Positions 8,157 through 17,917 of a stretch of 64,000 nt of DNA are shown piece by piece; position 1 is the stretch's first letter, and every line of letters begins with the position of its first letter. Made by a program: the position numbers and the translations under genes. The stretch is from the IMG/VR virus record IMGVR_UViG_3300050014_000823, positions 1-64,000 of that record; one strand, written 5' to 3'. Below the pieces are notes generated by a model. It saw only the letters and a program-made list of their open reading frames with translations, searched no databases and was not told the DNA's origin.

Positions 8157-9203
8157 ATGGGAGGCAAGGCACTAAACAAATATGGAGTTTTCACCGAAAG
8201 GAAAAACACAGACGAATTCCTGAGACTTGGAAAGTCAATTCAGAATACGCTTGAATATTATTTTTTGACACAGCGTGATACTGAACTTGAAACTCATGTT
8301 GTTCGTTGTTATCGTACTAAGGCAGACCACGGTGACTTGGATTTGCTTGTGAAGATAACACCAGACATGAATATCGATTACAAGAGTCTTATTCATCTTA
8401 TGTTCTTGCCAAAGGCTATTAACGCCAACGGTGGAGTATATTCATTCGATTACCAAGGATTTCAAGTTGACTTTATTCCTATTCCTGAAAGTAAGTGGGA
8501 GTCAGCTAAGATTTATTACAGCTATGACCCGCTTGGTAACATCATGGGAAAGACTTATCACAAGTTTAACCTGTCATATGGTTGGGAAGGTTTGTTCTAC
8601 AAGTACAGAAATGCTCATGGAACAAACAGTGAAAATATCCTGCTTACTAACGATGCCCGTAGAATCTTCGACTTCGGTGGATATGACTACGACAGGTACT
8701 TGAAGGGTTTCGATACACTTGAAGAAATCTTTAGGTTTGCTATTGACAGCAAGTACTTTGACTCAGAAATGTTTCAAATGGAAAACTTGAAGTCAATTGA
8801 CAAGAAAAGAAACCGTAAGAGAGGTTCATATCATTTGTTTTTGAATTACATTAAAGACAACGGTATTACAACAAGATACAGTTTCTGTGAAGATAAAGAT
8901 TGGTATCTTACTGCTATTGAAACTGCTTTTCCCGAATCTGACCTTGGTTTAAAAATAATTGGTTTGAGGCAGATAGATAAGAAAAACAAACTGATTGCAG
9001 ATAAATTCAATGGTGAACTTGTTATGGAGTGGATTCCCGGACTTAAAGGAAAAGAATTGGGTGTAATAATTGGCGATTATAAGCTATGGTGGGGAGAATA
9101 CTTTGAAGAATTTATTCTCAAGACTGCACCCAGTGACATTCGGGATAACTTCATAGGAGTTTACAATAAGATTATTTCAACAAATAAAAAACTAAATGGC
9201 TGA
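8157..9203 (+). CDS. Pol-beta-superfamily nucleotidyltransferase
   Basis: KADHGDLDLLV and FQVDFI motifs; ECF-type promoter 8110-8139. Confidence 0.7.
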   Translation: MGGKALNKYGVFTERKNTDEFLRLGKSIQNTLEYYFLTQRDTELETHVVRCYRTKADHGDLDLLVKITPDMNIDYKSLIHLMFLPKAINANGGVYSFDYQGFQVDFIPIPESKWESAKIYYSYDPLGNIMGKTYHKFNLSYGWEGLFYKYRNAHGTNSENILLTNDARRIFDFGGYDYDRYLKGFDTLEEIFRFAIDSKYFDSEMFQMENLKSIDKKRNRKRGSYHLFLNYIKDNGITTRYSFCEDKDWYLTAIETAFPESDLGLKIIGLRQIDKKNKLIADKFNGELVMEWIPGLKGKELGVIIGDYKLWWGEYFEEFILKTAPSDIRDNFIGVYNKIISTNKKLNG

Positions 9204-10086
9204 AATTAGCGCAGGTAAAGAACGTAATAACATTCTGAAAGTCGGAAGTAAGAATCTGAACTCAGAGAATTGGAAGGTTCATCACCCGTCTGGAAGACAT
9301 ATGTTCACCTGTGGCGAAAAGAAAGCTAAGTGGTATGTTGATAGAGGGTTAGCTGATATCATTGGTAAGAAGATGATTAAGCTAACCTTTATTCCAAGGG
9401 GTAATGGCTTTGAAGATAACGAAGAGTTTGGTCGTAGCATCCGGGAAGCAAAATGTGTTGTAACGGGCATAGATGAAGGTCTGCAGAGACATCATATTGT
9501 GCCGTATTGCTACCGCACGTACTTCCCGGAAATCTATAAGTCTAAGAATCATCATGACGTGGTATTAATTAATCACGAAATTCACTCTGATTATGAGCAA
9601 ATAGCAAATGATTATAAGGATGAAATTGCCAGAATCTACGGAGTGCCAACAATCGGTGAACTCAACTCACAATACACAGGAAGATTGCGGGAAGCAGGAA
9701 AAGAAAATTCTATCCTACTGAACGCAATTCACTCATTATTCAAGTGCTATGGTCGAGTAAGTGAGGAAGTTAAAGTTGAAAAACTTCACTTCATTGCGAA
9801 CCGTATTGGTCTTGATTACGAAGTTGTCTCAAACTACAACTACATGCAGCTTTACAAAATCTATCTTTACCTGCAGGTAGTACATGAGAAGGAAATTTAT
9901 GACTTCAAGGAAAAAAATCGGCAGTACTATGACCACGGATATCATGTGGTACAGAAACTTGACACTGAGGAAAAGATTGAGGAATTTGTGAAACTCTGGC
10001 GAAACCATTTTATTAACACAATGCATCCACAGTTTATGCCACAAGGATGGTCCGTGGATTTCCGAATTAAAACAAAAATTTCATAA
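9196..10086 (+). CDS. EXD2 C-terminal-like HNH-type domain protein
   Basis: TCGEKKAKWYVDRGL...CVVTG...RHHIVPYCYRTYFP..YKSKNHHDVVLI...PQGWSVD. Confidence 0.7.
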   Translation: MAEISAGKERNNILKVGSKNLNSENWKVHHPSGRHMFTCGEKKAKWYVDRGLADIIGKKMIKLTFIPRGNGFEDNEEFGRSIREAKCVVTGIDEGLQRHHIVPYCYRTYFPEIYKSKNHHDVVLINHEIHSDYEQIANDYKDEIARIYGVPTIGELNSQYTGRLREAGKENSILLNAIHSLFKCYGRVSEEVKVEKLHFIANRIGLDYEVVSNYNYMQLYKIYLYLQVVHEKEIYDFKEKNRQYYDHGYHVVQKLDTEEKIEEFVKLWRNHFINTMHPQFMPQGWSVDFRIKTKIS

Positions 10087-10143
10087 ATCTCTTGCACGTG
10101 TCAATTATTATAACTAATATTGTAATCTAAAAATAAATTCAAA

Positions 10144-10632
10144 ATGAAACTATACAAAGCGTTAAAACTGAGAAAAAAATTAGTAGGTGAAGTTGCTAAA
10201 CTGAAACAACAGATTCAAGCAAAAAACTCATTTACTGTGGGTTCGGTAGACCCAACAAAATTTAGTGTGGATAAAATCTATGCTGAACTCCAGGCAAAAA
10301 TCAACGATTTGGTCGGACTGAAATATGTCATTAACGAAGCTAATCGTCCGATTCAGGAACAGATTTACAGACTTTCAGAACTTAAAGCACTGCTTGTTTT
10401 CTGGAATGGCGTAAATGTTCAAGAAGGCGAACACATGGTTGGATATTCTGAGGCTAAGACCATTGAGTATGTTGCGCAGATTGACGAAATCAAACGCAAT
10501 CAGATGGTTGAAGACTTCCAGAAGAAAATCGATGTTATACAGGAAGAAATCGACACCTATAACTACACAACGGATGTTCCTTGGGGTGGTGTGAACGATG
10601 ACCTTCCAGAAGGACCAAACAAAGTGGAGTAA
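10144..10632 (+). CDS. DIP1984/septicolysin-like coiled-coil protein
   Basis: MKLYKALKLRKKL...LK..INEAN...IQEEIDTYNYTTDV pattern. Confidence 0.65.
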   Translation: MKLYKALKLRKKLVGEVAKLKQQIQAKNSFTVGSVDPTKFSVDKIYAELQAKINDLVGLKYVINEANRPIQEQIYRLSELKALLVFWNGVNVQEGEHMVGYSEAKTIEYVAQIDEIKRNQMVEDFQKKIDVIQEEIDTYNYTTDVPWGGVNDDLPEGPNKVE

Positions 10633-10640
10633 GAAAAACT

Positions 10641-10819
10641 GGGGTGTGTTATCGAGTAGCGAAGAAGCAGAAGTGAATATACGTTAGCCAAATGGCTTCA
10701 GAAACTGATAGTGATTTGAATGTTCAAAAGTCAGTATTCATGTTGTCAAAATTTAAGTCTCAAAACTTAAAACTCATTTAACTTTCATTTTTAACTTTTG
10801 ACCCAAAGATACACACTCC
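10641..10819 (+). ncRNA. putative structured RNA with 7-nt periodic TYA track
   Basis: ends pair (GGGGTGTGTTATC / GATACACACTCC); internal hairpins; TCA/TTA every 7 nt from 10724 to 10776. Confidence 0.6.
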
Positions 10820-10834
10820 TTTTATTTTAATTCA

Positions 10835-11899
10835 ATGGACAATATAAAATTCGACTATAACAACATACTTATTGTGCCAGAGGTAAATACAGATATAGAA
10901 AGCAGATATAAAGACATAGTTCTTCCGAACATGTTACCGCTTTTTACTGCCCCAATGGACACTGTTGTTGATTTAAGCAACATGAGATATTTTTTGGCAA
11001 ACGGTATTAATGTTACTTTACCGAGAACAATTACATATGATTCGTTTCTCGAAAACACTAAAGTAAACACATCAATATTTACCCAAAACCTATTCATTAG
11101 CTTGGGTTTACAGGATATGGAGAAGCACTATAAGACTAACTTCAAAGTATTCCATAGGGATGCACATATTCTCATAGATGTAGCCAACGGTCACATGCAA
11201 AAGATTGTGGATATTGCAAGAGAAGTACGTAGACTTAGACCAGACATAAAATTAATGGTTGGTAATATTGCTAATCCCGAAGCATATGCTTGGTACGCAA
11301 AAAACCATTGTGTTGACTTTATCCGTGTGGGTATCGGTAACGGCAATGGCTGTCTCACTACCAAACAATCGGGAGTCGGATATCCGGGAGCATCACTCAT
11401 TCAAGAAACCTATAAGGTAAAGCAAGATTTTATAAAAAATAATGTTGCTGGTAAAGTTCCTGCAATTGTTGCCGATGGTGGAATGAAAGATTATGTCGAT
11501 GTAATTAAAGCATTGGCATTGGGTGCTGATTATGTCATGATTGGCTCAATCTTCAACAAAGCATTCGAAAGTTGCGCAAAGAATTATGTGTTTTATATTC
11601 CGGTAAACGATAAGATTGCCAACTATTGTTTTGACCATAAAATACCTGTCATGAAACATTTCCGTGGCATGAGTACCAAGGAAGCACAAAAAGCTATGGG
11701 AAAGACCAGTTTTAAGACTTCTGAGGGCGTTACGAGATACAGGAAGGTAGAATATCGCCTACAAGGTTGGGTTGAAAATTTCGAGCATTACTTGCGAAAT
11801 GCAATGAGTTATGCTAATGCCCGGACATTAGAGGATTTTATTGGCAAAGCAGATGTTTGCCAAATTACAAAAGCAGCATATGATAGATTTAACAAATAG
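10835..11899 (+). CDS. guaC: GMP reductase / IMPDH-family protein
   Basis: TAPMDTV, IDVANGH, VGIGNGNGCLT, ADGG, ALGADYVMIG, FRGMST, SEG motifs. Confidence 0.85.
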   Translation: MDNIKFDYNNILIVPEVNTDIESRYKDIVLPNMLPLFTAPMDTVVDLSNMRYFLANGINVTLPRTITYDSFLENTKVNTSIFTQNLFISLGLQDMEKHYKTNFKVFHRDAHILIDVANGHMQKIVDIAREVRRLRPDIKLMVGNIANPEAYAWYAKNHCVDFIRVGIGNGNGCLTTKQSGVGYPGASLIQETYKVKQDFIKNNVAGKVPAIVADGGMKDYVDVIKALALGADYVMIGSIFNKAFESCAKNYVFYIPVNDKIANYCFDHKIPVMKHFRGMSTKEAQKAMGKTSFKTSEGVTRYRKVEYRLQGWVENFEHYLRNAMSYANARTLEDFIGKADVCQITKAAYDRFNK

Positions 11900-12242
11900 G
11901 TCAGTTGAAGATGTTAACGCACTTATACAAAAATATGCTTCTGTATTAGAACTGATTAAGCCACAACATCAGCCATCAATGGCAGTCATTCTCGAAGTCG
12001 GCATCAACCACGTTAAAGAAAATTATCCCATGTTAGAACTTGATTGGAAAGTCTGGTCAATTGTTCTACTTAAAAACAAATACTTAAGTGGTCATTTAAA
12101 GAAGGAATCCGATATTCCTAAGACAATTGCTGACTTCGTTCAGCATATTAAGGACAATTATGCTGATTACATTCAGCAACTTGGTATGTTTACAAATGAA
12201 TTTGACAGAGACTATGCATTTCTTTGCAGGTATATGAAATAA
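11880..12242 (+). CDS. hypothetical protein
   Basis: ORF overlapping the guaC stop. Confidence 0.6.
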   Translation: MIDLTNRSVEDVNALIQKYASVLELIKPQHQPSMAVILEVGINHVKENYPMLELDWKVWSIVLLKNKYLSGHLKKESDIPKTIADFVQHIKDNYADYIQQLGMFTNEFDRDYAFLCRYMK

Positions 12243-12297
12243 AAAATCGGTAGAAATCTTCCGATAATCTACCGATTTAGTTTATAATCTACCGATA

Positions 12298-12462
12298 TTA
12301 CGCCACTTGTAGTTCCTCCAATTGCGTCTCGTATTTTAACTTTAAAATTCTTAGGTTTTCTGTTTTCTTGTCGCTGATGCCATATTTTTCAAAATTGGCA
12401 ATTTTTGTTTCTAATTCTGCGATTTTATGTTCCAAAATCTCAATGTCTCTATCTTTAGCCAT
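12298..12462 (-). CDS. 54-aa coiled-coil protein (absent from ORF track)
   Basis: MAKDRDIEILEHKIAELETKIANFEK...; GTATTTAT on minus strand at 12495-12502. Confidence 0.6.
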   Translation of the reverse strand: MAKDRDIEILEHKIAELETKIANFEKYGISDKKTENLRILKLKYETQLEELQVA

Positions 12463-12559
12463 AGCTTTTAAGTTTAAGTGTATTTTATTTTCCTATAAAT
12501 ACTAAAGTGCTTGTATTTATACCCGACATTTAGTATATTTGTTGATTAAAATTTAAATT

Positions 12560-13349
12560 ATGGAAAAGTATATCAGATACAAAAGATTCGCAGAAACTCA
12601 CAATGAGAAAACATTACAAGACTTTTACGATAGGCTCGTTACAGAAGGTTGGGAAATCGTTTATTATAATGAAATCCGTCAACCAACAGGACAATTATCT
12701 GCAACTCCACAAGAAATAAACATTCATGTTATTGCTCTTTGTGGTAAAAGACAAGATAATAGTCTTAAGCCTGAAGTCTTATGAGCATTGATTCAGGTTA
12801 CTTAGTTGAAACTAAGACAGGCAAAAAGGGAAGAACCTATCATCGTGATAAGAAAGTAAATGGCAAAGTTGTCGTTTATATTGAAGGCGAAGCGGAAACA
12901 ACATTAAAAATGCTTTGTAATCCGGACAGCATAAAAATAATTGGATACGTAGATTAACTGCAATGGAAGAACTTAATTTAACACAGGGACACACATATCT
13001 TATCAGATATGGCGGTACTGAAACTCTTCATGAGATAAAAGTACTCACAATAACTGAAAAGGCATATCAAATCAGATGGCAGAGTGGTACAATTACATGG
13101 GAAATGAAAAGACGCATGGATAGTGATTATACTCTCTTAGAAGACATTAGCGATTTTCCAATATTTGTCGAAGGTACAACTATTACAACTACTGGAGAAC
13201 CACTTAAATTCGACATTAAATGGTCACAATGCCACGTATGTAAAGGATTTGGCACAGTTCCAGACCCAGGCAGCACCACAGGCAACAAACTATGCCCATT
13301 ATGTTTTGGTAGTAAAATGGTCTCAGATACGGTCCAAGTAAAGTCTTAA
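12560..13349 (+). other. three small CDS (12560-12784, 12781-12957, 12963-13349, the last with a DnaJ-type CxxCxGxG zinc finger)
   Basis: host-type promoter TTG-N20-TATATTTG at 12511-12541; CHVCKGFG and CPLCFGS. Confidence 0.65.
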
Positions 13350-13388
13350 TTAAATCTCAAACGTATTTATTGGAAATAGTGTGTCAAC

Positions 13389-14336
13389 ATGCTTTCAATA
13401 ATACAGATAATTAAGGAAGAACTACAGGATTTTTACGACTATGGCGATGAGCAGAGCATGGTCGATAGGTATTATGAAAGAAACATAAGTAACAAACCTG
13501 CAACCCAAACACCTAAAGAACAAATCAATGCTGAGTTAATTGGGTACGTCACAAAACAATGGGGTGCTAAATTAAACGAACCAATTCCTGTATACAAAAA
13601 TCCTTCACGACTAATTGGCTTTGCTGCCAATGCAAGGGGTGTTTTATTAGAAGATGGTACATTCTTTCTCGCTCCGACTCCAAGTGCAATGCATGACAAT
13701 ATACTGGACATGCTTGCTGAGAAAGGCATTGTTCCAATGGGAAGAATACACGAATATTTCAATTTTTATCCAGATGAATTTATTGCGGTACAAAGATTCG
13801 GCACAACCGATATGTTCAACCAATCAAGTGCATATGATAGGTTTCCTGAGTATTATCAACAAATCTTCGATAATGCTAACAGAAGACAACCATACGAATT
13901 TAAGGAAATTCAAGACGATAATGTAAACGAAATCGAAAGTCCATTAGACCCAAATTTTCAGATATCTAACATACCACAAGGATATGACGGTAATATACTT
14001 AACGAAATGAAAAACAAAGTAACTAAACTCATAGAAAGCGCAATTGGCGGGTTCATGGGTAATGCACAAATATCAATAACTCCCGTAGAACCTGATTTTC
14101 GCTCAGGTAAGAATCAACCATTAACATATAGTGTAATGTATGAGAAGGAAGTCAACGGAGAACTAATTGAAATCGAAGGCACTTTGACCCCACATCACAC
14201 AGGTCGAGCAGTAGAATATGGTTTTGAACCAGGATACTTTACAGATGGTAGTCCTGCATCACAATATTGGGATGAAAATTGGGAAGCAATTACCGATGAA
14301 ATTACCGACAAATTCTACGATAGCGGACTGAGATAA
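13389..14336 (+). CDS. multi-module IIKEE protein (candidate internal head protein)
   Basis: MLSIIQIIKEEL; GTATTTAT at 13363; domain shared with 28086 protein. Confidence 0.7.
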   Translation: MLSIIQIIKEELQDFYDYGDEQSMVDRYYERNISNKPATQTPKEQINAELIGYVTKQWGAKLNEPIPVYKNPSRLIGFAANARGVLLEDGTFFLAPTPSAMHDNILDMLAEKGIVPMGRIHEYFNFYPDEFIAVQRFGTTDMFNQSSAYDRFPEYYQQIFDNANRRQPYEFKEIQDDNVNEIESPLDPNFQISNIPQGYDGNILNEMKNKVTKLIESAIGGFMGNAQISITPVEPDFRSGKNQPLTYSVMYEKEVNGELIEIEGTLTPHHTGRAVEYGFEPGYFTDGSPASQYWDENWEAITDEITDKFYDSGLR

Positions 14337-14377
14337 TCCCTAAAATTTTCTTATTTTTTCTAATTTTTGGTTGGCTA

Positions 14378-14834
14378 TCAGCGAATTACATCGTGAATGC
14401 TGGATTGCCTTGGAAGTAGCTGTTGAAGCATTGTAAAGAACTCTTGGTAGCTATTTAACTTCTTTTTTGACTGTTCAGCCTGATATTCTAATGTCATAAT
14501 ATGCTTCCAAATCATTTCGTCATTTTCGTCTTTTGACTTTCTGAGTTTCTCTTTGAGTTCCTCATACTTTTCCTTGCATTTATTCTCATATGCAGCTTGT
14601 GCGTGGTCGAAATACATAGTCTTATAATTTGTCAAATTCTGGTATCCAACGTTTAGGTAGTCTTCTGAACTTCATAGTCTTAGCCTCAATTACCGCTTCA
14701 TCTTCCTCATATTCTCTCCACGGTCTAACTTCGGTTTTCTTACCTTTTCTTCTGTCCTTAATAGACACGTCAAAGATAGCAATTTCCTTTTTCCAGAAAC
14801 GCCATAGGTCACGATTTTGACCGTATTTCCACAA
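14378..14834 (-). other. two small minus-strand ORFs, the upstream one apparently lacking a proper 5' end
   Basis: 14378-14635 and 14622-14834, both TTG starts. Confidence 0.45.
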
Positions 14835-14954
14835 ACTAAAGTTGCAGTTGGTAGTGCTATTGGAACAATTATAGGAATTTGGCTTTCAATACATATTCTT
14901 GGTGCTTAATGCATCACTTTAATTAATGTGTCGTCTTTAGTATAAATATTAGAC

Positions 14955-15182
14955 ATGGCTACATTAAAGAAAACCAAAAAGAGAGTAATCGCAGGAGTCT
15001 GCGGTGGAATCGCAAAATGGATTGACCCAGACATCAATCCATTAGGAATAAGACTTTTATGGTTCTTCTTGGGATTGTTTCACCCGTTCTGTATGCTGAT
15101 AATTTATGTGTTTCTTGCAGCAACACTAAGAACTGAGTTGACAATCTTTCAAGACGAAAAACAAAGTACAAAAGGTGAGTAA
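14955..15182 (+). CDS. pspC: PspC-domain membrane protein
   Basis: KRVIAGVCGGIAKW..I.P..IRLLW. Confidence 0.85.
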   Translation: MATLKKTKKRVIAGVCGGIAKWIDPDINPLGIRLLWFFLGLFHPFCMLIIYVFLAATLRTELTIFQDEKQSTKGE

Positions 15183-15235
15183 TCACCTTTTTTCTTTTAA
15201 GGGTCTTTATAGTATTTATGTGAAACAGCACTACT

Positions 15236-15877
15236 ATGTTAACATACGAAACTCATAAATCTGAAATTAGTAAAATATTTGATTTAATAAATTCGGGTAG
15301 ATTTTATTCTCTGACCTTTATTAAAAAGGGTGACGGTCAAGTACGATACTTAAACGGCAAACGCATGCTCTATAAAGCACCTGACGGTAGTGATGCCGTG
15401 GTAAAAAATGTCGGTTACGACCCAAAGAATTACAATCTTATCAGGGTTTATGACAGAAACGCATTGAACCCCAAAACCAATCAACGTACTGGCGGTTACA
15501 GAAGTGCAGCTCTTGAAAACATAGTTTATATTAAATGTGGTAGCGAACTATTTGATTTTGTACAGGAAAACGACATACAGAAAAGATTTCCACACGTTAA
15601 TCTACAAGAAATCCAAGGAAGAATGAAAATTGGGGATATTGTTGATGACGAAGCACAAAGCATTCAAGAAGATGTGGGACAATTAATGGGCATACCAGAA
15701 GTAGCAGAAATGCTTTCCAGAGTAGACCCAAATCTGACTCCTGAAGATATGCAGGGACTTTTACAACAAGAATACCAAGAAGGCGGTGACGAAGCAGTTA
15801 GAAAAATGTTCTACGAAATGTCACAAGGTACAGACTTACAGATACTCGGCAGAGGTAAATATGCACTTAAATTTTAA
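15236..15877 (+). CDS. hypothetical protein
   Basis: 213 aa; GTATTTAT at 15212. Confidence 0.7.
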   Translation: MLTYETHKSEISKIFDLINSGRFYSLTFIKKGDGQVRYLNGKRMLYKAPDGSDAVVKNVGYDPKNYNLIRVYDRNALNPKTNQRTGGYRSAALENIVYIKCGSELFDFVQENDIQKRFPHVNLQEIQGRMKIGDIVDDEAQSIQEDVGQLMGIPEVAEMLSRVDPNLTPEDMQGLLQQEYQEGGDEAVRKMFYEMSQGTDLQILGRGKYALKF

Positions 15878-15882
15878 TACAT

Positions 15883-16788
15883 ATGGACAATTTTTATTTG
15901 GTACTTATTAAAAGTAATGGTGAAATAATTCACAACATATTTGCAACATGTCATAAAGACTTAATCGCAAAATACATTAGTCCTGTCGATACAAGAGAAA
16001 ATAACTATTTTAAGGCTACTTATAGTCCTAAAGCTGGTTATAGACTTGACGATATCTTCAACTACCATTTACTTATCAACGAAATTTATGTTCCCGAATG
16101 GTTTAAAGATGAATTCGAAGTTGAAACTATGATAAAATTACAGGAAATTATAAACTCAATGATAATTAAGAACCACAAACAACTACTTTTACATGAAGGT
16201 GCAATATTAGTTGGCAATGCAATGGCTTCAGAATTAAAGCATTCTGTGGTTTTTGCCATGTATGATAATGCAATCATTGATGTATTAGATAATAATTCAG
16301 AAGTACATCTAATTACCGACAATTGTTACATAGTTGACATGAGAGATTCTACAAGAGTAGATGAAATGACTGGTTTCGCCAGAGTAAAAGAAATGCACGA
16401 TTATTCCAAAATCATGAAAATGTGGGGACAGTCGAAAGTCGGTGCTATGTTTAATAATTCCCGTATATCAATACTTAAGGGCGATGCAAAAATTACAGAA
16501 ATGCATGGAGCTGCAGTTGCCGACAGACTAAAACATGATTCACGTGTAGTTGAAATGCACGGTCACGCAGTAATCGAAGAAATGTGGGATTGGTCAACGG
16601 TTGAAAAAATGTTTGACCAGAGCCGAATAAATTTCATGGACGAAGATGCCAGAGTTTTAGAAATGCATGGTGACTCAACCATCGAAGAAATGTACGGTAA
16701 TGCTGTGGTTGAAAGACTATTCGAGAATTCTTTAGTTCGTAAAATCAACGAAAAGGCTAAGATACTTAAAAAAGAATTGGGCGAGTAA
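15883..16788 (+). CDS. 9-residue repeat (beta-solenoid-like) protein
   Basis: many M-x-x-x-[SA]-x-[VI]-x-x repeats in the C-terminal half. Confidence 0.75.
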   Translation: MDNFYLVLIKSNGEIIHNIFATCHKDLIAKYISPVDTRENNYFKATYSPKAGYRLDDIFNYHLLINEIYVPEWFKDEFEVETMIKLQEIINSMIIKNHKQLLLHEGAILVGNAMASELKHSVVFAMYDNAIIDVLDNNSEVHLITDNCYIVDMRDSTRVDEMTGFARVKEMHDYSKIMKMWGQSKVGAMFNNSRISILKGDAKITEMHGAAVADRLKHDSRVVEMHGHAVIEEMWDWSTVEKMFDQSRINFMDEDARVLEMHGDSTIEEMYGNAVVERLFENSLVRKINEKAKILKKELGE

Positions 16789-17892
16789 TTAAGCTGCCTG
16801 TTCTTCTCCTACCAAAATATTAAACTGTTCTTCGGGCAATGCCTGTCCCGTATCTACGTATTGGTGCAACAGGTGATATCCACCTTTGTCATTTTTGAAC
16901 TGCCATAGGTAGTTAAATTGCTCATTAGAAAGTAAGTGTCCTCTACCAATATATTTGGATTGTTCTTCGAAGCTAAGATTTTTAAACCAATCTAAGTCCG
17001 TATTGCCTCTGCCTAACTTCTCAGTTTCAGCAGTTTCTGCATTGGTCTTAGGTATATTCTGAAAGAGTTTATCAACTGGAACACCCTTACCCTTTAAATA
17101 TTCTAAGTAACCGTCTTCATTGTTACCAAAGTGTGCAACATTACCTGTGGTGTTATTAGCATCAGTTAATTCAATGCCGTGCTGTGTATAATCCAAAACA
17201 ACTATATGAAGCGGGTCATTTAATTCGAAGTTTTCATCTACTATATAATAGAAGGTACTGGTTTTGGTATCCCTATACGATTGCCACATCGTATTTGCAG
17301 GTTGACCAATACAGAAACCATAATGCTTGCCAGTTAATCCACCTGTGGTATACTTAATACACTTACCAACATCATTACCGTCATAAACCCTAATCTTATT
17401 GCCTTCCCAAATTGGTGGTTCGTCTGTCTCAACGTTTATCTTACCCTTCCACTGTGCATGACCTCTTGCCATTGCCTCAAGTCCGTGAATGAATTCTGCA
17501 AATTTTAAATAGTCTGGAAATGTCTTACCGTTTACAATATAACCTGCATCACTAATCTGTGGTGCAGCGATTTTATTTGTGTTCATCATTTCAGAAATAC
17601 TTCTGAAAAGCGTTTGTAAATCTCTCATGCCGTCTTGACCAATCTCAAGAAATGCTTTAGCAATGACAGGAAGCAATACTTGGTTCTTACTACCGTCAAA
17701 CTCTTTGAATTTATTTAGTGTTATTTGATTAACATCATCAGCAACACCGTTGTTTTTTCTCAGTATAGCCAGTGCCTGCTGTTCAGTCTGCTTAGACTCA
17801 AGGATAGCGTTTACGTTTTCAACGATTTGCTTTTTGTCTTTCTTATTATCGTACTCTGTTAAATATAAGAGTCTTTTAAATCTTTCGTCCAT
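16789..17892 (-). CDS. hypothetical protein (candidate internal head protein)
   Basis: start MDERFKRLLYLTE after minus-strand GTATTTAT at 17908-17915. Confidence 0.7.
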   Translation of the reverse strand: MDERFKRLLYLTEYDNKKDKKQIVENVNAILESKQTEQQALAILRKNNGVADDVNQITLNKFKEFDGSKNQVLLPVIAKAFLEIGQDGMRDLQTLFRSISEMMNTNKIAAPQISDAGYIVNGKTFPDYLKFAEFIHGLEAMARGHAQWKGKINVETDEPPIWEGNKIRVYDGNDVGKCIKYTTGGLTGKHYGFCIGQPANTMWQSYRDTKTSTFYYIVDENFELNDPLHIVVLDYTQHGIELTDANNTTGNVAHFGNNEDGYLEYLKGKGVPVDKLFQNIPKTNAETAETEKLGRGNTDLDWFKNLSFEEQSKYIGRGHLLSNEQFNYLWQFKNDKGGYHLLHQYVDTGQALPEEQFNILVGEEQAA

Positions 17893-17917
17893 TGCTGTGA
17901 ATTTTATATAAATACGT

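Noticed and set aside
12245-12297. TATAATCTACCGAT duplication as an operator array
   Set aside because: Adequately explained as a terminator hairpin (ATCGGTAGA/TCTACCGAT) between convergent genes with a short local duplication
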